Part shown: positions 51,097-60,907 of the stretch, piece after piece
Layout of the letters: the number at the start of each line of letters is the position of its first letter
How positions within the stretch are numbered: the first letter of the stretch is position 1
NCBI GenBank assembly: GCA_030141605.1
Contig: JAQGDQ010000440.1
Coordinates: forward strand, 123,550 to 187,549
DNA from: Tubiluchus corallicola
Lineage: Eukaryota > Animalia > Priapulida
Direction: 5' to 3'
DNA: 64,000 bases
Position numbers and translations under genes: made by a program
Notes under the pieces: model-generated
Told to the model about the DNA's origin: nothing
Databases searched by the model: none
The model's input: only the letters and a program-made list of their open reading frames with translations

Positions 51097-51774
51097 ATGA
51101 TTTGGATAATATTTATCGGATTTATGCTTTTAAGCTGGTTTGTAAGTAATCAACTTAAAAGAAGATTTAAAGAATACTCTAAAATTCCTACTGCTAATGG
51201 AATAAGCGGGAAGGAAGTTGTTGAGAAAATGCTAAAGGACAATGGAGTTAAGGGTGTTAGGATAGGATCTGTAAAAGGCAGACTTAGTGACCACTACAAT
51301 CCAATTAATAAAACTATAAACCTAAGCAGTGAAGTGTATAATGGGCGAAGTGTTGCAGCTGCAGCAGTTGCTGCCCACGAATGTGGACATGCACTACAGC
51401 ACGCAACATCTTACAAATGGTTAGGATTTCGCTCCAAACTAGTACCTGTAGTTAGCGTCTCTTCCAAGTGGACTCAATGGGTCCTCTTATTGGGAATCAT
51501 AATGATACAGAGCAATCCTGCAATTTTGCTTGGTGGAATAATCCTTTTTGCCACTACAACATTATTCAGCTTTATAACGCTTCCCGTAGAGATAAACGCA
51601 AGTAAAAGGGCGCTGGCGTGGTTGAAAACAGCAAACATAACAACCTCCCAGTCACAAAAAAAAGCAGAAGACGCCTTGAACTGGGCAGGATATACTTACG
51701 TTGTTGCAGCGCTATCTTCGTTAGCTACGCTACTATACTATGTACTAATTTTTATAGGCGCGTCAAGAGACTAA
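51097..51774 (+). CDS. Zinc metallopeptidase (YugP-like membrane protein)
   Basis: DHYNP, AAHECGHALQH (HExxH), TLPVEINAS. Confidence 0.92.
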   Translation: MIWIIFIGFMLLSWFVSNQLKRRFKEYSKIPTANGISGKEVVEKMLKDNGVKGVRIGSVKGRLSDHYNPINKTINLSSEVYNGRSVAAAAVAAHECGHALQHATSYKWLGFRSKLVPVVSVSSKWTQWVLLLGIIMIQSNPAILLGGIILFATTTLFSFITLPVEINASKRALAWLKTANITTSQSQKKAEDALNWAGYTYVVAALSSLATLLYYVLIFIGASRD

Positions 51775-51805
51775 AAACAGCACCCTCCTCAAAAGAGATG
51801 ATTGT

Positions 51806-51932
51806 GGTCCCTTTGCATAGTAGTTCGGTTCAGGCTAGGGAAAAACTCGATAAAAAAACCGCAGATTGCTTACGTAAATAAGAATCGCTGAAGAGAATTC
51901 TGACAAAAATCAGGGATTATTACAAAGGCCTC
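51806..51932 (+). repeat. Family A element
   Basis: ggtccctttgca...aaaccgcagattgcttacgtaaata...ttacaaaggcctc. Confidence 0.75.
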
Positions 51933-51956
51933 GGATTAACAAACATTATAAAAAAA

Positions 51957-52005
51957 CAAGATGCTACTTTATAGTGCTTCTATGCAGAAAGCATATAGCA
52001 TCTTG
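51957..52005. terminator. Probable bidirectional terminator between convergent genes
   Basis: caagatgcta...tagcatcttg 10 bp inverted repeat flanked by A and T tracts. Confidence 0.6.
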
Positions 52006-52023
52006 CTTTGTTTGTAACGTACT

Positions 52024-53490
52024 TTAAGAAACATTAAGTTGCTTGGAAGAATCTGCCTTCTGTAGATTTCTGACCCCGGTAGTACCTCCCCCTTTAAGAG
52101 TCAGGTCTACAGGAGTATTGGATGCCCACAAACCGCAAGTAAAATCAGGTATATCTATTGAATTTGAACGGTTAGCAACAGACCACTCGCTCAATGGCGC
52201 AATAACACTCCACAACGCAGCATCATAAACATCTTGGTCGAGAGGCTGCCCGTTACGCAGGCAATCTATTAATCTCCAATCCATCATAAAATCCATACCT
52301 CCGTGTCCGCCAACCCTCTTCGCCATGTCACCCAGCCTTTTAACAATCTCCGGTGTATACTTATCATAAATCTCTTTCATATCCTCTTCCGCCAGCCATT
52401 TATGTCCTTTTGAAATCCTCTCCGGCAAAGGCCATTTGCGCGCCATACCGGATGTTCCACTCAACAGATGAATTCTGGAGTAAGGACGAGGGCTGGTGAC
52501 ATCATGCTGAATCATAATAGTCTTACCCTTGTTTGTCTTCATTACTGTGGTATTCATATTACCACGATATTTTTTCCCTACAAACTCTTCAAAAAAACTA
52601 TCTTCCTTAGAGCGATTCTTTGCAATCTGAGCCATCTGAAAATCATTTGATGACATAGATGTGAGATAATCTATCTTGTCGCCACGATTAATATTCATAG
52701 CCTGGCATACCGGGCCTAAACCATGAGTAGGGTAAAGGTTTCCATCACGAAAATTCTCCTTAAGCCTCCACATATCTGCGTAACCACTTTTCTTAAAATT
52801 CAAAAACCGCAGATCATGTATATATGAACCTTCCGCATGCACCAACTCTCCAAAAAATCCCTGGCGTGCCATATTAAGGGTGAGTAGCTCAAAAAAGTCG
52901 TAGCAACAGTTCTCAAGCATCATACAGTGCTTTTTTGTTTTCTCAGAGGTCTCCACCAGCTGCCAGCACTCATCAACGGTAACCGCTGCTGGCACCTCAA
53001 CTGCAACATGCTTCCCACACTCCATTGCATATACCGCCATAGGGGTATGTGTGCTCCATGGAGTTATAATATAAATAAGATCCAAATCAGGACTCTCACA
53101 CATCTCTTTCCACGCATCCTCTGTTCCCCCATACTCTTTAGCTTTTGGCAAGTCGTACCCTTCCAATATTTTCTGAGCCTTATGAAGACGGTCGTGATTT
53201 TTATCACACAATGCTTTAATCTCAACACCCTCAATATTAGACATCCTTCTAACAGCACCCGGCCCTCTGTGTCCCATTCCCACAAAACCAACTCTCACTT
53301 TTTCAAGTTTGGGGGCCGCATATCCCGACATATTAAACCGCTGAGTATGTACCACAGCTGCCGACTTCCTTATATCGTCCATCTCAGATCGGCTCCCCGA
53401 ACCTGTATTACAGCCAGCAAAGCCTCCGGACACTGCTCCTGCCCCGGCTACACCGGCAACCTTAAAAAAATTTCGCCTATTGGTCTTCAT
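52024..53490 (-). CDS. Gfo/Idh/MocA oxidoreductase, GH109-type (alpha-N-acetylgalactosaminidase-like)
   Basis: Tat signal NRRNFFK; MMLENCCYD, YPTHGLGP, GGHGGMDF. Confidence 0.9.
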   Translation of the reverse strand: MKTNRRNFFKVAGVAGAGAVSGGFAGCNTGSGSRSEMDDIRKSAAVVHTQRFNMSGYAAPKLEKVRVGFVGMGHRGPGAVRRMSNIEGVEIKALCDKNHDRLHKAQKILEGYDLPKAKEYGGTEDAWKEMCESPDLDLIYIITPWSTHTPMAVYAMECGKHVAVEVPAAVTVDECWQLVETSEKTKKHCMMLENCCYDFFELLTLNMARQGFFGELVHAEGSYIHDLRFLNFKKSGYADMWRLKENFRDGNLYPTHGLGPVCQAMNINRGDKIDYLTSMSSNDFQMAQIAKNRSKEDSFFEEFVGKKYRGNMNTTVMKTNKGKTIMIQHDVTSPRPYSRIHLLSGTSGMARKWPLPERISKGHKWLAEEDMKEIYDKYTPEIVKRLGDMAKRVGGHGGMDFMMDWRLIDCLRNGQPLDQDVYDAALWSVIAPLSEWSVANRSNSIDIPDFTCGLWASNTPVDLTLKGGGTTGVRNLQKADSSKQLNVS

Positions 53491-53715
53491 AATGTAATTT
53501 ATTGAATTAAATAATTGTTTTGTAATCAACACAACCCCTTTTATAACTGATTAATAATCTACAAATCCTTGATAAAAGGGATGAGCTATAAAGTTAATCA
53601 TAACTTAGAAGTGTACAAAGCAAAAAGCCTTATCTCTCCAAACTAAGCTATATTTTTTAAGCTGACTACAAAATTATCATAATAGTAATAAGCTAAGTTA
53701 TATTATCAAATGGGC

Positions 53716-53854
53716 GAGGTCTTTGCAAAGCGAAAATTTTGGTTCGAATTGAGGAGAGCTTGATAAGAAACCACTGTTTACTGGCATAAATGAAAGTTTT
53801 GAAGAGAGTTTTGACGAAAATTATTAATAAAAAAATGAGCTTTGCAATAGCCTC
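53716..53854 (+). repeat. Family A element (clearest TIR pair)
   Basis: gaggtctttgcaaagc ... gctttgcaatagcctc. Confidence 0.9.
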
Positions 53855-53944
53855 TGAGCATATCCTCTACTCTTACTCATGCATAAACACGCTATCAAAG
53901 TTAAACTTTATATAAGATGCTTTACTAAATCAAATATTAATTTA

Positions 53945-53952
53945 TACCTTTG
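53945..53952 (+). promoter_or_regulatory. -7 box (TACCTTTG) for rpsP
   Basis: TAnnTTTG, 33 nt before the ATG. Confidence 0.6.
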
Positions 53953-53985
53953 TCGTGCATTTTAAACACTTAAATTTTATTTTTT

Positions 53986-54987
53986 ATGCCGGTAAAGATT
54001 CGTTTGGCTAGGCATGGGCGCAAAAAATACGCTTACTACCACATAGTGGTAGCAGATAGCCGGGCACCACGTGATGGGAGATATATTGAACGAATTGGAT
54101 CTTACAATCCAAACACGAATCCCGCCTCTGTTGAACTTGATTTTAATAAAGCCTTAAATTGGCTCAACAACGGAGCACAACCAACTGACACTTGTCGATC
54201 AATACTTTCAAGCAAAGGTGTCATGATGAAAAAGCATCTCTTAGGGGGTGTCAAAAAAGGAGTTTTTGATGAGGCTGAAGCAGAAAGGCGATTTACATCA
54301 TGGTTGCAAGATAAAGAAGCTAAAGCTCAGGCCAAGAAAGATCGCTTGATCGAATCTGCTGACAAAGAGACTAAAAAGCGACTAGAAGCAGAAGCAGCTA
54401 TAAATGAAGCCCGTGCAGCAAAAATTGCAAAGAAAAATGCAGCTATTGATGAAGCTGCTACTGAAAATGAGCAAAGTAAGGAAGCTGCCCCGGGAGAAGA
54501 AGTGGTAAGTGCTGCAATTGAAAAAAATGAGGCAGCTACACAAAAAAGCGAGCCCACAGCAGAAAAACCTGCAGCAGAAAAACCTGCAGCAGAAAAACCT
54601 GCAACAGAAAAACCTGCAACAGAAAAACCTGCAACAGCAGAGAAACCTGCAACAGAAAAACCTGCAACAGCAGAGAAACCTGCAGCAGAGAAACCTGCAG
54701 CAGCAGAAAAACCTGCAACAGAAAAATCTGTGACAAAAGAGCCCGCAGCAGAAGATAAGAAAAAAGAAGCAGCAAAAAAGAAGTCGGCAAAAAAGGAAGA
54801 TGCTGTAAAAGCAGAAGCCGCAAAAAAGGAAAAGCCTGTGAAAAAAGCCGCTACTGAGAGCGAAGGGGAAAAACAAAAGAATGTTGTAGCAGATAAAACA
54901 GTGAAGGAAGACAAGAAAAAAGATACAGAAAAGAAAGATGAATCTGCAACAGAAACTACTACCGGAGGCAAAAAAACTGAATCATAA
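53986..54987 (+). CDS. rpsP: 30S ribosomal protein S16 with very long low-complexity tail
   Basis: [32 protein letters not shown]; upstream of rimM. Confidence 0.95.
   Translation: MPVKIRLARHGRKKYAYYHIVVADSRAPRDGRYIERIGSYNPNTNPASVELDFNKALNWLNNGAQPTDTCRSILSSKGVMMKKHLLGGVKKGVFDEAEAERRFTSWLQDKEAKAQAKKDRLIESADKETKKRLEAEAAINEARAAKIAKKNAAIDEAATENEQSKEAAPGEEVVSAAIEKNEAATQKSEPTAEKPAAEKPAAEKPATEKPATEKPATAEKPATEKPATAEKPAAEKPAAAEKPATEKSVTKEPAAEDKKKEAAKKKSAKKEDAVKAEAAKKEKPVKKAATESEGEKQKNVVADKTVKEDKKKDTEKKDESATETTTGGKKTES
54562..54720 (+). repeat. Coding tandem repeat, 10 x 15/18 bp, encoding EKPA(A/T)(A)
   Basis: ga(a/g)aaacctgca(g/a)ca(gca) units. Confidence 0.95.
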
Positions 54988-55040
54988 AACTTCCCCGGGG
55001 AAAGAAGTTTCCAAACTGTAAAAATATCATGCATACAGAG

Positions 55041-55067
55041 GAGCGGTGGTGATTCCATCGCTCTTTT
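55041..55067 (+). terminator. Intrinsic terminator between rpsP and rimM
   Basis: gagcggtgg-tgatt-ccatcgctc followed by tttt. Confidence 0.6.
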
Positions 55068-55072
55068 GCTTA

Positions 55073-55192
55073 TAGAACTCCACAAAGCGAAGTAGCTTTT
55101 GGGTTGGATTTGAAAAATCCAATAAAAACCACCCTTTACAAACACAAATAAGAGTTTGGACGAAAATATTAATAAAAAAATATGAGAACCTC
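55073..55192 (+). repeat. Family A element (short, decayed)
   Basis: cacaaagcgaag...tttggacgaaaatattaataaaaaaatatgagaacctc. Confidence 0.7.
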
Positions 55193-55211
55193 ACTTCTTT
55201 TGTAAATTACG

Positions 55212-55754
55212 ATGACCGAAAAGGGGGAAATAGATAAAACCAAGTGTACTCGGATTGGCACACTTCTTAAAACTCACGGCAGCGATGGCAGACTGTTAAT
55301 GTCTTTTGAAGAAGGATACAGCTCTTTTCCGGAAAACACCAATTATCTCTTTATTGAAATTGATGGCGGACTTGTACCTTTTTTTATTGCAAAAAATGGA
55401 ATAAATACCTGCTCACACAAAAATGCCATTATAACCTTCGATACTATTGACACCCGTGAAAAAGCAAAAAAAATTACCGGTTCTCACATCTACCTGCTAT
55501 CAAAAAACATCATTAAAGACACTCCCCAACCCTCTTCGCTAAACTTTAAAGGATACACTGTTGTCGATACAAACCATGGCAATATAGGGAGCATACATCA
55601 TGTCAACAACTACTCAGGAAACAAAGTTGCCTATATTATAAATAATGAGTCGGAAATTATGATACCATTGTCCGATGACATTATTAAAAGAGTATGTCAT
55701 GAAAAAAAAGAGCTTTACCTTGAATGCCCTAAAGGATTGCCCGGCTTACCATAA
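55212..55754 (+). CDS. rimM: Ribosome maturation factor RimM
   Basis: IGTLLKTHG..G, IDGGLVPFFI, EIMIP; follows rpsP. Confidence 0.88.
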   Translation: MTEKGEIDKTKCTRIGTLLKTHGSDGRLLMSFEEGYSSFPENTNYLFIEIDGGLVPFFIAKNGINTCSHKNAIITFDTIDTREKAKKITGSHIYLLSKNIIKDTPQPSSLNFKGYTVVDTNHGNIGSIHHVNNYSGNKVAYIINNESEIMIPLSDDIIKRVCHEKKELYLECPKGLPGLP

Positions 55755-55866
55755 ACCTGCCTGTCGTGCAGCTTTGTAAAACTTAAATCGTCTATACATT
55801 ACAACAGGCTACTTAATTTGAGCAGCAAAACACGACATCATTAACTTTAAAACAAAACAAAACAAA

Positions 55867-56586
55867 ATGAAAGCAAAATTTATCACCACCATCGCCATTC
55901 TCGTTTTTACTGTTATACAAGCCCCCACTGCCCATGCCCAGGAGACTGAAAAACGCGACTTAATTAATTTCACAAAAATATCATTAGGATTAAAGGCTAA
56001 TGTATATCTGACTCAGGGAGATGTGCAGTCTTTAGAAATAAAAGCCAATGAGTCAACCCTGAAAAGAATTACTACCGATATAAAAAAAGACAGGCTATCA
56101 ATCGGATACCATAAATCTACCTCATGGTTCAAAAAATGGAATCACGGAAATATAGATATATTTATTACAGTACCACAAGTTAGCGAATTAAGAATTTCCG
56201 GATCAGGCGCAATTATAAGTACAGGTAAAATAGAATCAAAAAACCTTAACTTATTAGTAAGTGGTAGCGGAAACATAGCGCTTAACTCACTACTATCTGA
56301 AAATGTATCTACCTCTCTGTCCGGATCAGGCAACATACTGCTTGTCGGAGAAGAGACCGCCAAAACTATCAGCTCTAAAACCTCTGGATCCGGTAAAGTC
56401 AATATCGAGAAATTTCCGGCAGAAAGTGTCACAGTAAACATATCCGGCTCAGGGAACTTTAAAGTACACGCTACAAAAAAGCTCAATGTTCGTATTTCCG
56501 GCTCAGGAGGAGTAATTTACACTGGAGAACCACATATTGATATGAGCGTCTCTGGTAGTGGTAAAGTCAAGAAGAAGCAGACCTGA
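55867..56586 (+). CDS. Secreted DUF2807/head-GIN-type beta-helix protein
   Basis: Signal peptide; repeated SGSG.I strands. Confidence 0.85.
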   Translation: MKAKFITTIAILVFTVIQAPTAHAQETEKRDLINFTKISLGLKANVYLTQGDVQSLEIKANESTLKRITTDIKKDRLSIGYHKSTSWFKKWNHGNIDIFITVPQVSELRISGSGAIISTGKIESKNLNLLVSGSGNIALNSLLSENVSTSLSGSGNILLVGEETAKTISSKTSGSGKVNIEKFPAESVTVNISGSGNFKVHATKKLNVRISGSGGVIYTGEPHIDMSVSGSGKVKKKQT

Positions 56587-56611
56587 TCTTTTAGTCCTTT
56601 TTTATCAAAAT

Positions 56612-56732
56612 AAAGACTTTGTACAAGTAACAAACACACATACGAATCTGGCTGAAAATTTTCAGCCAGATTCGTATGTGTAAGAATATTAACAAAGCTA
56701 TTAATAATAAAGATGGATTTTACAAAGACCCC
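56612..56732 (+). repeat. Family A relic with its centre replaced by a perfect palindrome
   Basis: Right arm tattaataataaagatggattttacaaagacccc; palindrome at 56636-56681. Confidence 0.6.
56636..56681. repeat. Perfect 46 bp palindrome
   Basis: acacatacgaatctggctgaaaa|ttttcagccagattcgtatgtgt. Confidence 0.97.
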
Positions 56733-56871
56733 GAACCGTATTTAAAGCACTTAGCGTTCTACTATGTTTTAAATTTACATGTTTAAAGTGCATGCATAAC
56801 CGACACCACTGATTAGCTGGGAATATTAAATAGTTATGCTATCACTATGCACAAAAGATAAAATGACAACT

Positions 56872-58003
56872 ATGAAATTAAAACTTATAGCTCTTACTTT
56901 AATTAGTAATATCAACACAAGCAATATTTGCTCAAAATGAATTAAAAGTCATAAAAGCAAACTCCACACAAGTTGACATTAAAGATGATAATAACTTGAT
57001 AAAAAATGCGTGGCTAATTGCTCCAGAAGCAAACCCAGACATTTACCTAACATCAGCAAAAAAGGTGACTTTCTATACAGACATTGACTCAATTTCTTTT
57101 GACATAAAACAGAACCAACATTATGATTTTGTAATATTACTTAACGGGAAAGACTCCGCAAGGACACGAATTGTATGGGAATCATCAAAATTGGATATTC
57201 TAAAACAAGGTCAAGAATATAATTACTCGGATAATCGCTATATCCCAAAATTTACTTATCAGTCGCAAGATAATCCTAATCTTATCGCAACGAGAGAAGA
57301 TTTAAAATTAGACTCCATCGCTGGAAACGGAAGTGAGCTTTTACAGATTTTCAATCTAATGCACTGGGTTCATAACATTATAAAACATGATGGGGGTAGT
57401 GAAAATCCAAACAATAAAAATGCTATTGATATAGTAAAAATATGCAAGGCTGAAAACCAGGGAGTAAATTGTAGAATGATGGCAATAATACTTAATGAGT
57501 GTTATTTATCAATGGGGATTAAATCCAGATATATAACTTGTATGCCGAGAGAAACTAACTTTAGCGACTGCCATGTCATAAATATGGTTTACAGTACAGA
57601 ATTGAACAAATGGATTTGGATTGACCCAACATTTGGTGCTTACATTATGGACGATAAAGGAAATCTACTTGGAATTCAAGAAGTCCGGGAAAGACTTATC
57701 AAGGGTCAGCCACTAATTCTTAATGCAGATGCTAATTGGAATAGAATAAACTTGCAGAGCAAAGAGCACTATTTAGAATATTATATGGCAAAAAATCTTT
57801 ACAGGTTGGAAACGCCATTGATAAGTGAATACAATACTGAAACATGGGAGAACGGGAAAGAGGTTATTTATGTTGAACTTTTGCCATTGGACGGTATTGA
57901 GCAAGCGCCACAGAGAAAAGTGCAAAAAAGTACTAAAACAGGAGTGGAGTTTGTATATTATAAAACAAACAATCCGAGCTTATTTTGGGCAAAACCTGAA
58001 TAA
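56872..58003 (+). pseudogene. Transglutaminase-like domain protein, frameshifted in its signal peptide
   Basis: GVNCR / DCHV / WIWIDPT Cys-His-Asp triad; ATG 56872 (MKLKLIALTL) is one base out of frame with LVISTQAIFAQ... Confidence 0.7.
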
Positions 58004-58094
58004 AAAGCAAGAACGGCACAGCAAAAGCTATATTTAATGCGATAAGCAAAACATATGAGGAAGATTTCACAAAATTGTGGCCCAGGTGAGAATC

Positions 58095-58925
58095 TTAATC
58101 AAAATGCCTCCTCACAGCATGTGTAAACCCATTATTGGAGTACGTACTACTTGCTTTATACTTACTTTTTAGCTCCACCGGGGCATTACCTACTACATAG
58201 GAGTATTGTGTATACTCCAGCATCTCCAAGTCATTAAAATCGTTGCCTATGCTAAGTGTACAGGCCCTATCAACTTTAGTAAGACCACATATCTCTCCTA
58301 TACCTTTAGCTTTTGACACATCCTGAGGAAATATCTCCAGCCATATATAGCACGAATTGACAGGAGAGGTTGCTCGAATAACAGAAACATTGTGAAAGCA
58401 CGCTGTTATTTTTTCCTTTAAAGCATTAAACTTTTCAGTATTATTGGGTATAACAACCATAAACTGAGAAGCCTGCACCTCACACCCGGGTATAAGTTTT
58501 TCAACCTTTGCGATGCCCTTATAGTGCTCAACGTACTTATCAAATTCGGCACACCTGTAACTACCCCACCAAGCAAAATTATGATCGCCTGGAATATGTT
58601 TCGCCACTTTAAAATTTTGCTTTTCCGCAACTAAGAAACTAGTCAATTCTCTGGCAGTCTCAGAAGGAATAGAAACATTTCTTATTATTTTTCCCGTCTT
58701 CCAATCCACTATCCCGGCACCGGACAAAAAGATTACATACTCAAATAGGACATCTTTATTAAGAACCTGTTTTACTTTAAAGAGGCTTCTACCTGTAGCT
58801 GCAACCCGGTAAACTCCAGCCTCTCCTAGCCTGAGCAACGTCTCGGTATCTGCCATACTTATAGTGTGGTTTTTCTGGAGCAGTGTCCCATCCAGATCCG
58901 TTACAACCATCCTTACATCACTCAT
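58095..58925 (-). CDS. Cof-type HAD hydrolase
   Basis: DLDGTLL, ATGR, SKAKG, GNDFNDLEML. Confidence 0.92.
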   Translation of the reverse strand: MSDVRMVVTDLDGTLLQKNHTISMADTETLLRLGEAGVYRVAATGRSLFKVKQVLNKDVLFEYVIFLSGAGIVDWKTGKIIRNVSIPSETARELTSFLVAEKQNFKVAKHIPGDHNFAWWGSYRCAEFDKYVEHYKGIAKVEKLIPGCEVQASQFMVVIPNNTEKFNALKEKITACFHNVSVIRATSPVNSCYIWLEIFPQDVSKAKGIGEICGLTKVDRACTLSIGNDFNDLEMLEYTQYSYVVGNAPVELKSKYKASSTYSNNGFTHAVRRHFD

Positions 58926-59185
58926 CCTATATCTATTTTGTCCGAATATATATATCCTTATTAAAAGTAAGCCTTTCTTAACCCTAAAATAATATTATGA
59001 GGGCTAAATATATAGTAAAGATATTAATTTAGCATGGGCAAAAAGGAGTAAACTGCATACACTAAAGAAACGATGTCAATATCTTGCCAAAAGAAAAAAA
59101 TATGTTCTTCAAAGTATATAGTTAAATTTGCGACTTAAACATATTACAACGCTTTTAAATAATTCTTTTAATAAAAGTTAATATA

Positions 59186-59731
59186 TTGCATGCAATGACT
59201 TTTGAACCAGAAGATTATTTAACAATACAGGTTGGTAAAGGTGTAGTGGGGGCGTTTGAAATACTTTATAAAAAGTATTACAGGTTGGCTTATAACTATA
59301 CCCGGCAACTTATTGACGATCCGTCAATATGCCAGGATATAGTTCAGGATATATTTGCTTATGTATGGGAGTCAAAGAGTACGCTTCAAATTAATAAATC
59401 ATTTAAATCTTACTTATTATCCGCTTGCCACAACACCTGTTTAAACTATATTAAAAAGCAGGGCATCAGGCAAAGACACATTATCCAGGTTCTCGGAGAA
59501 ACAAATAACTACCACGATGGGTACGACCCTATTTTTGAAGATGAGCTAAGGACTGCCATAGATAAAACATTGGATGAACTACCTGCCCAGTGTCGTGAAA
59601 TTTTTATGCTTAGTAGAGTAAAGGGGCTTAAACATAAAGAAATCGGAAAAATACTCAACATATCACCAAAAACTGTTGAAACACAGATATACAGAGCCTT
59701 AAAGGCTCTAAAAAAGCAACTCCCTTTATAA
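59186..59731 (+). CDS. ECF sigma-70 factor (Bacteroidota FecI-like)
   Basis: DIVQDIF..VW, LPAQCREIF.LSR, SPKTVETQI.RALK. Confidence 0.92.
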   Translation: MHAMTFEPEDYLTIQVGKGVVGAFEILYKKYYRLAYNYTRQLIDDPSICQDIVQDIFAYVWESKSTLQINKSFKSYLLSACHNTCLNYIKKQGIRQRHIIQVLGETNNYHDGYDPIFEDELRTAIDKTLDELPAQCREIFMLSRVKGLKHKEIGKILNISPKTVETQIYRALKALKKQLPL

Positions 59732-59814
59732 TAATTTAATATTTTTTTACATTTTTTTATTTTTTTGTAAGTGATTACAGCGAGAAAGTTGTCTACAAAT
59801 TATAAAAAGCTATT

Positions 59815-60897
59815 GTGGAATCACGAGCATATATAAATCGACTCACTATACGCCTCCTTGATGGAGATAATCTCAGTAATGTTGAGCAGGCGGATTTGAT
59901 GAACTGGCTGAAAGAACACCATAAAGACCAAAAACTATTAGCCGATTTATCAAACATATGGACAAACCTGGACTCAGACAGAGAGCTATCGGGTAAAATC
60001 ATTGACTCTCAGTGGCAAAAGCTGCACAACTCTGTTATATCTAAACCTGCAGACAAGCTCCAGGTTACGAAAAAACCACTCTGGAGGATAGTTGGAAGGT
60101 ATGCTGCTATATTCATTTTAGGCCTATTGGCAGCTTTCGGAGCCAACATGGGATATCAGAACTACATCGCTGACCCCTTCTCTTCACAAGTAGTGATACA
60201 AGTGCCTTACGGGTCCAAGTCTCATGTTTCCCTGACAGACGGAAGTAAAGTAATACTAAACTCAGGCAGCGAGCTTAAATACTCTCCTCAGTTTGGGAAA
60301 AAGAACAGAGAAGTAAGTATTGAAGGCGAAGCCTGCTTTAAAGTCTCTACAGATTATGACAAACCATTTGTTGTAAAAACATCCGGCCTCATTATCAGGG
60401 CCTATGGTACCGAATTTAATGTAAGGTCATATGGTGAAGACAATGAGATTGAGGCCACACTGTTAGAGGGATGCATTGGTGTACAGATGAGTTGCCCAAA
60501 AATACAGAAAAGACAAAATGAGTTTTTCTTGCAACCAAACGAGCAGGTGATTTTTAATAAAACTGCAGCCAAATCAGGGAATACCTGCATCACTATTAAA
60601 AGAAATATCGATTCTGATCTGCGCGCAGCCTGGATAAACAACAGTATTCATGTAAAAAACGAACCACTTTCCAGCTTAGCTATCAAGCTGGAAAGGACAT
60701 ACAATGTTAACATTCATATTGAAGATGACGAGCTTCGAACCATAAAGTTTTCAGGCATCTTCGAAAATGAAACTATCGAACAAATTATGCTGGCCATAAA
60801 ACTTTCCTCTTCAATTAATTTTAAAATTAAAAATCGTGAAATATGGCTATTCAAGGAATGCAATGTCCCCGCCGTGTCAAATGAATATAACATTTAA
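59815..60897 (+). CDS. FecR family anti-sigma factor
   Basis: LTDGSKVILNSGS, GEACFKV, GTEFNV, FSG.FENET. Confidence 0.92.
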   Translation: MESRAYINRLTIRLLDGDNLSNVEQADLMNWLKEHHKDQKLLADLSNIWTNLDSDRELSGKIIDSQWQKLHNSVISKPADKLQVTKKPLWRIVGRYAAIFILGLLAAFGANMGYQNYIADPFSSQVVIQVPYGSKSHVSLTDGSKVILNSGSELKYSPQFGKKNREVSIEGEACFKVSTDYDKPFVVKTSGLIIRAYGTEFNVRSYGEDNEIEATLLEGCIGVQMSCPKIQKRQNEFFLQPNEQVIFNKTAAKSGNTCITIKRNIDSDLRAAWINNSIHVKNEPLSSLAIKLERTYNVNIHIEDDELRTIKFSGIFENETIEQIMLAIKLSSSINFKIKNREIWLFKECNVPAVSNEYNI

Positions 60898-60907
60898 CCA
60901 ACCTTCT

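Noticed and set aside
54327-55145. Cys/Phe-rich and Leu/Gln-rich ORFs overlapping rpsP
   Set aside because: Alternate-frame and antisense shadows of the stop-free tandem repeat.
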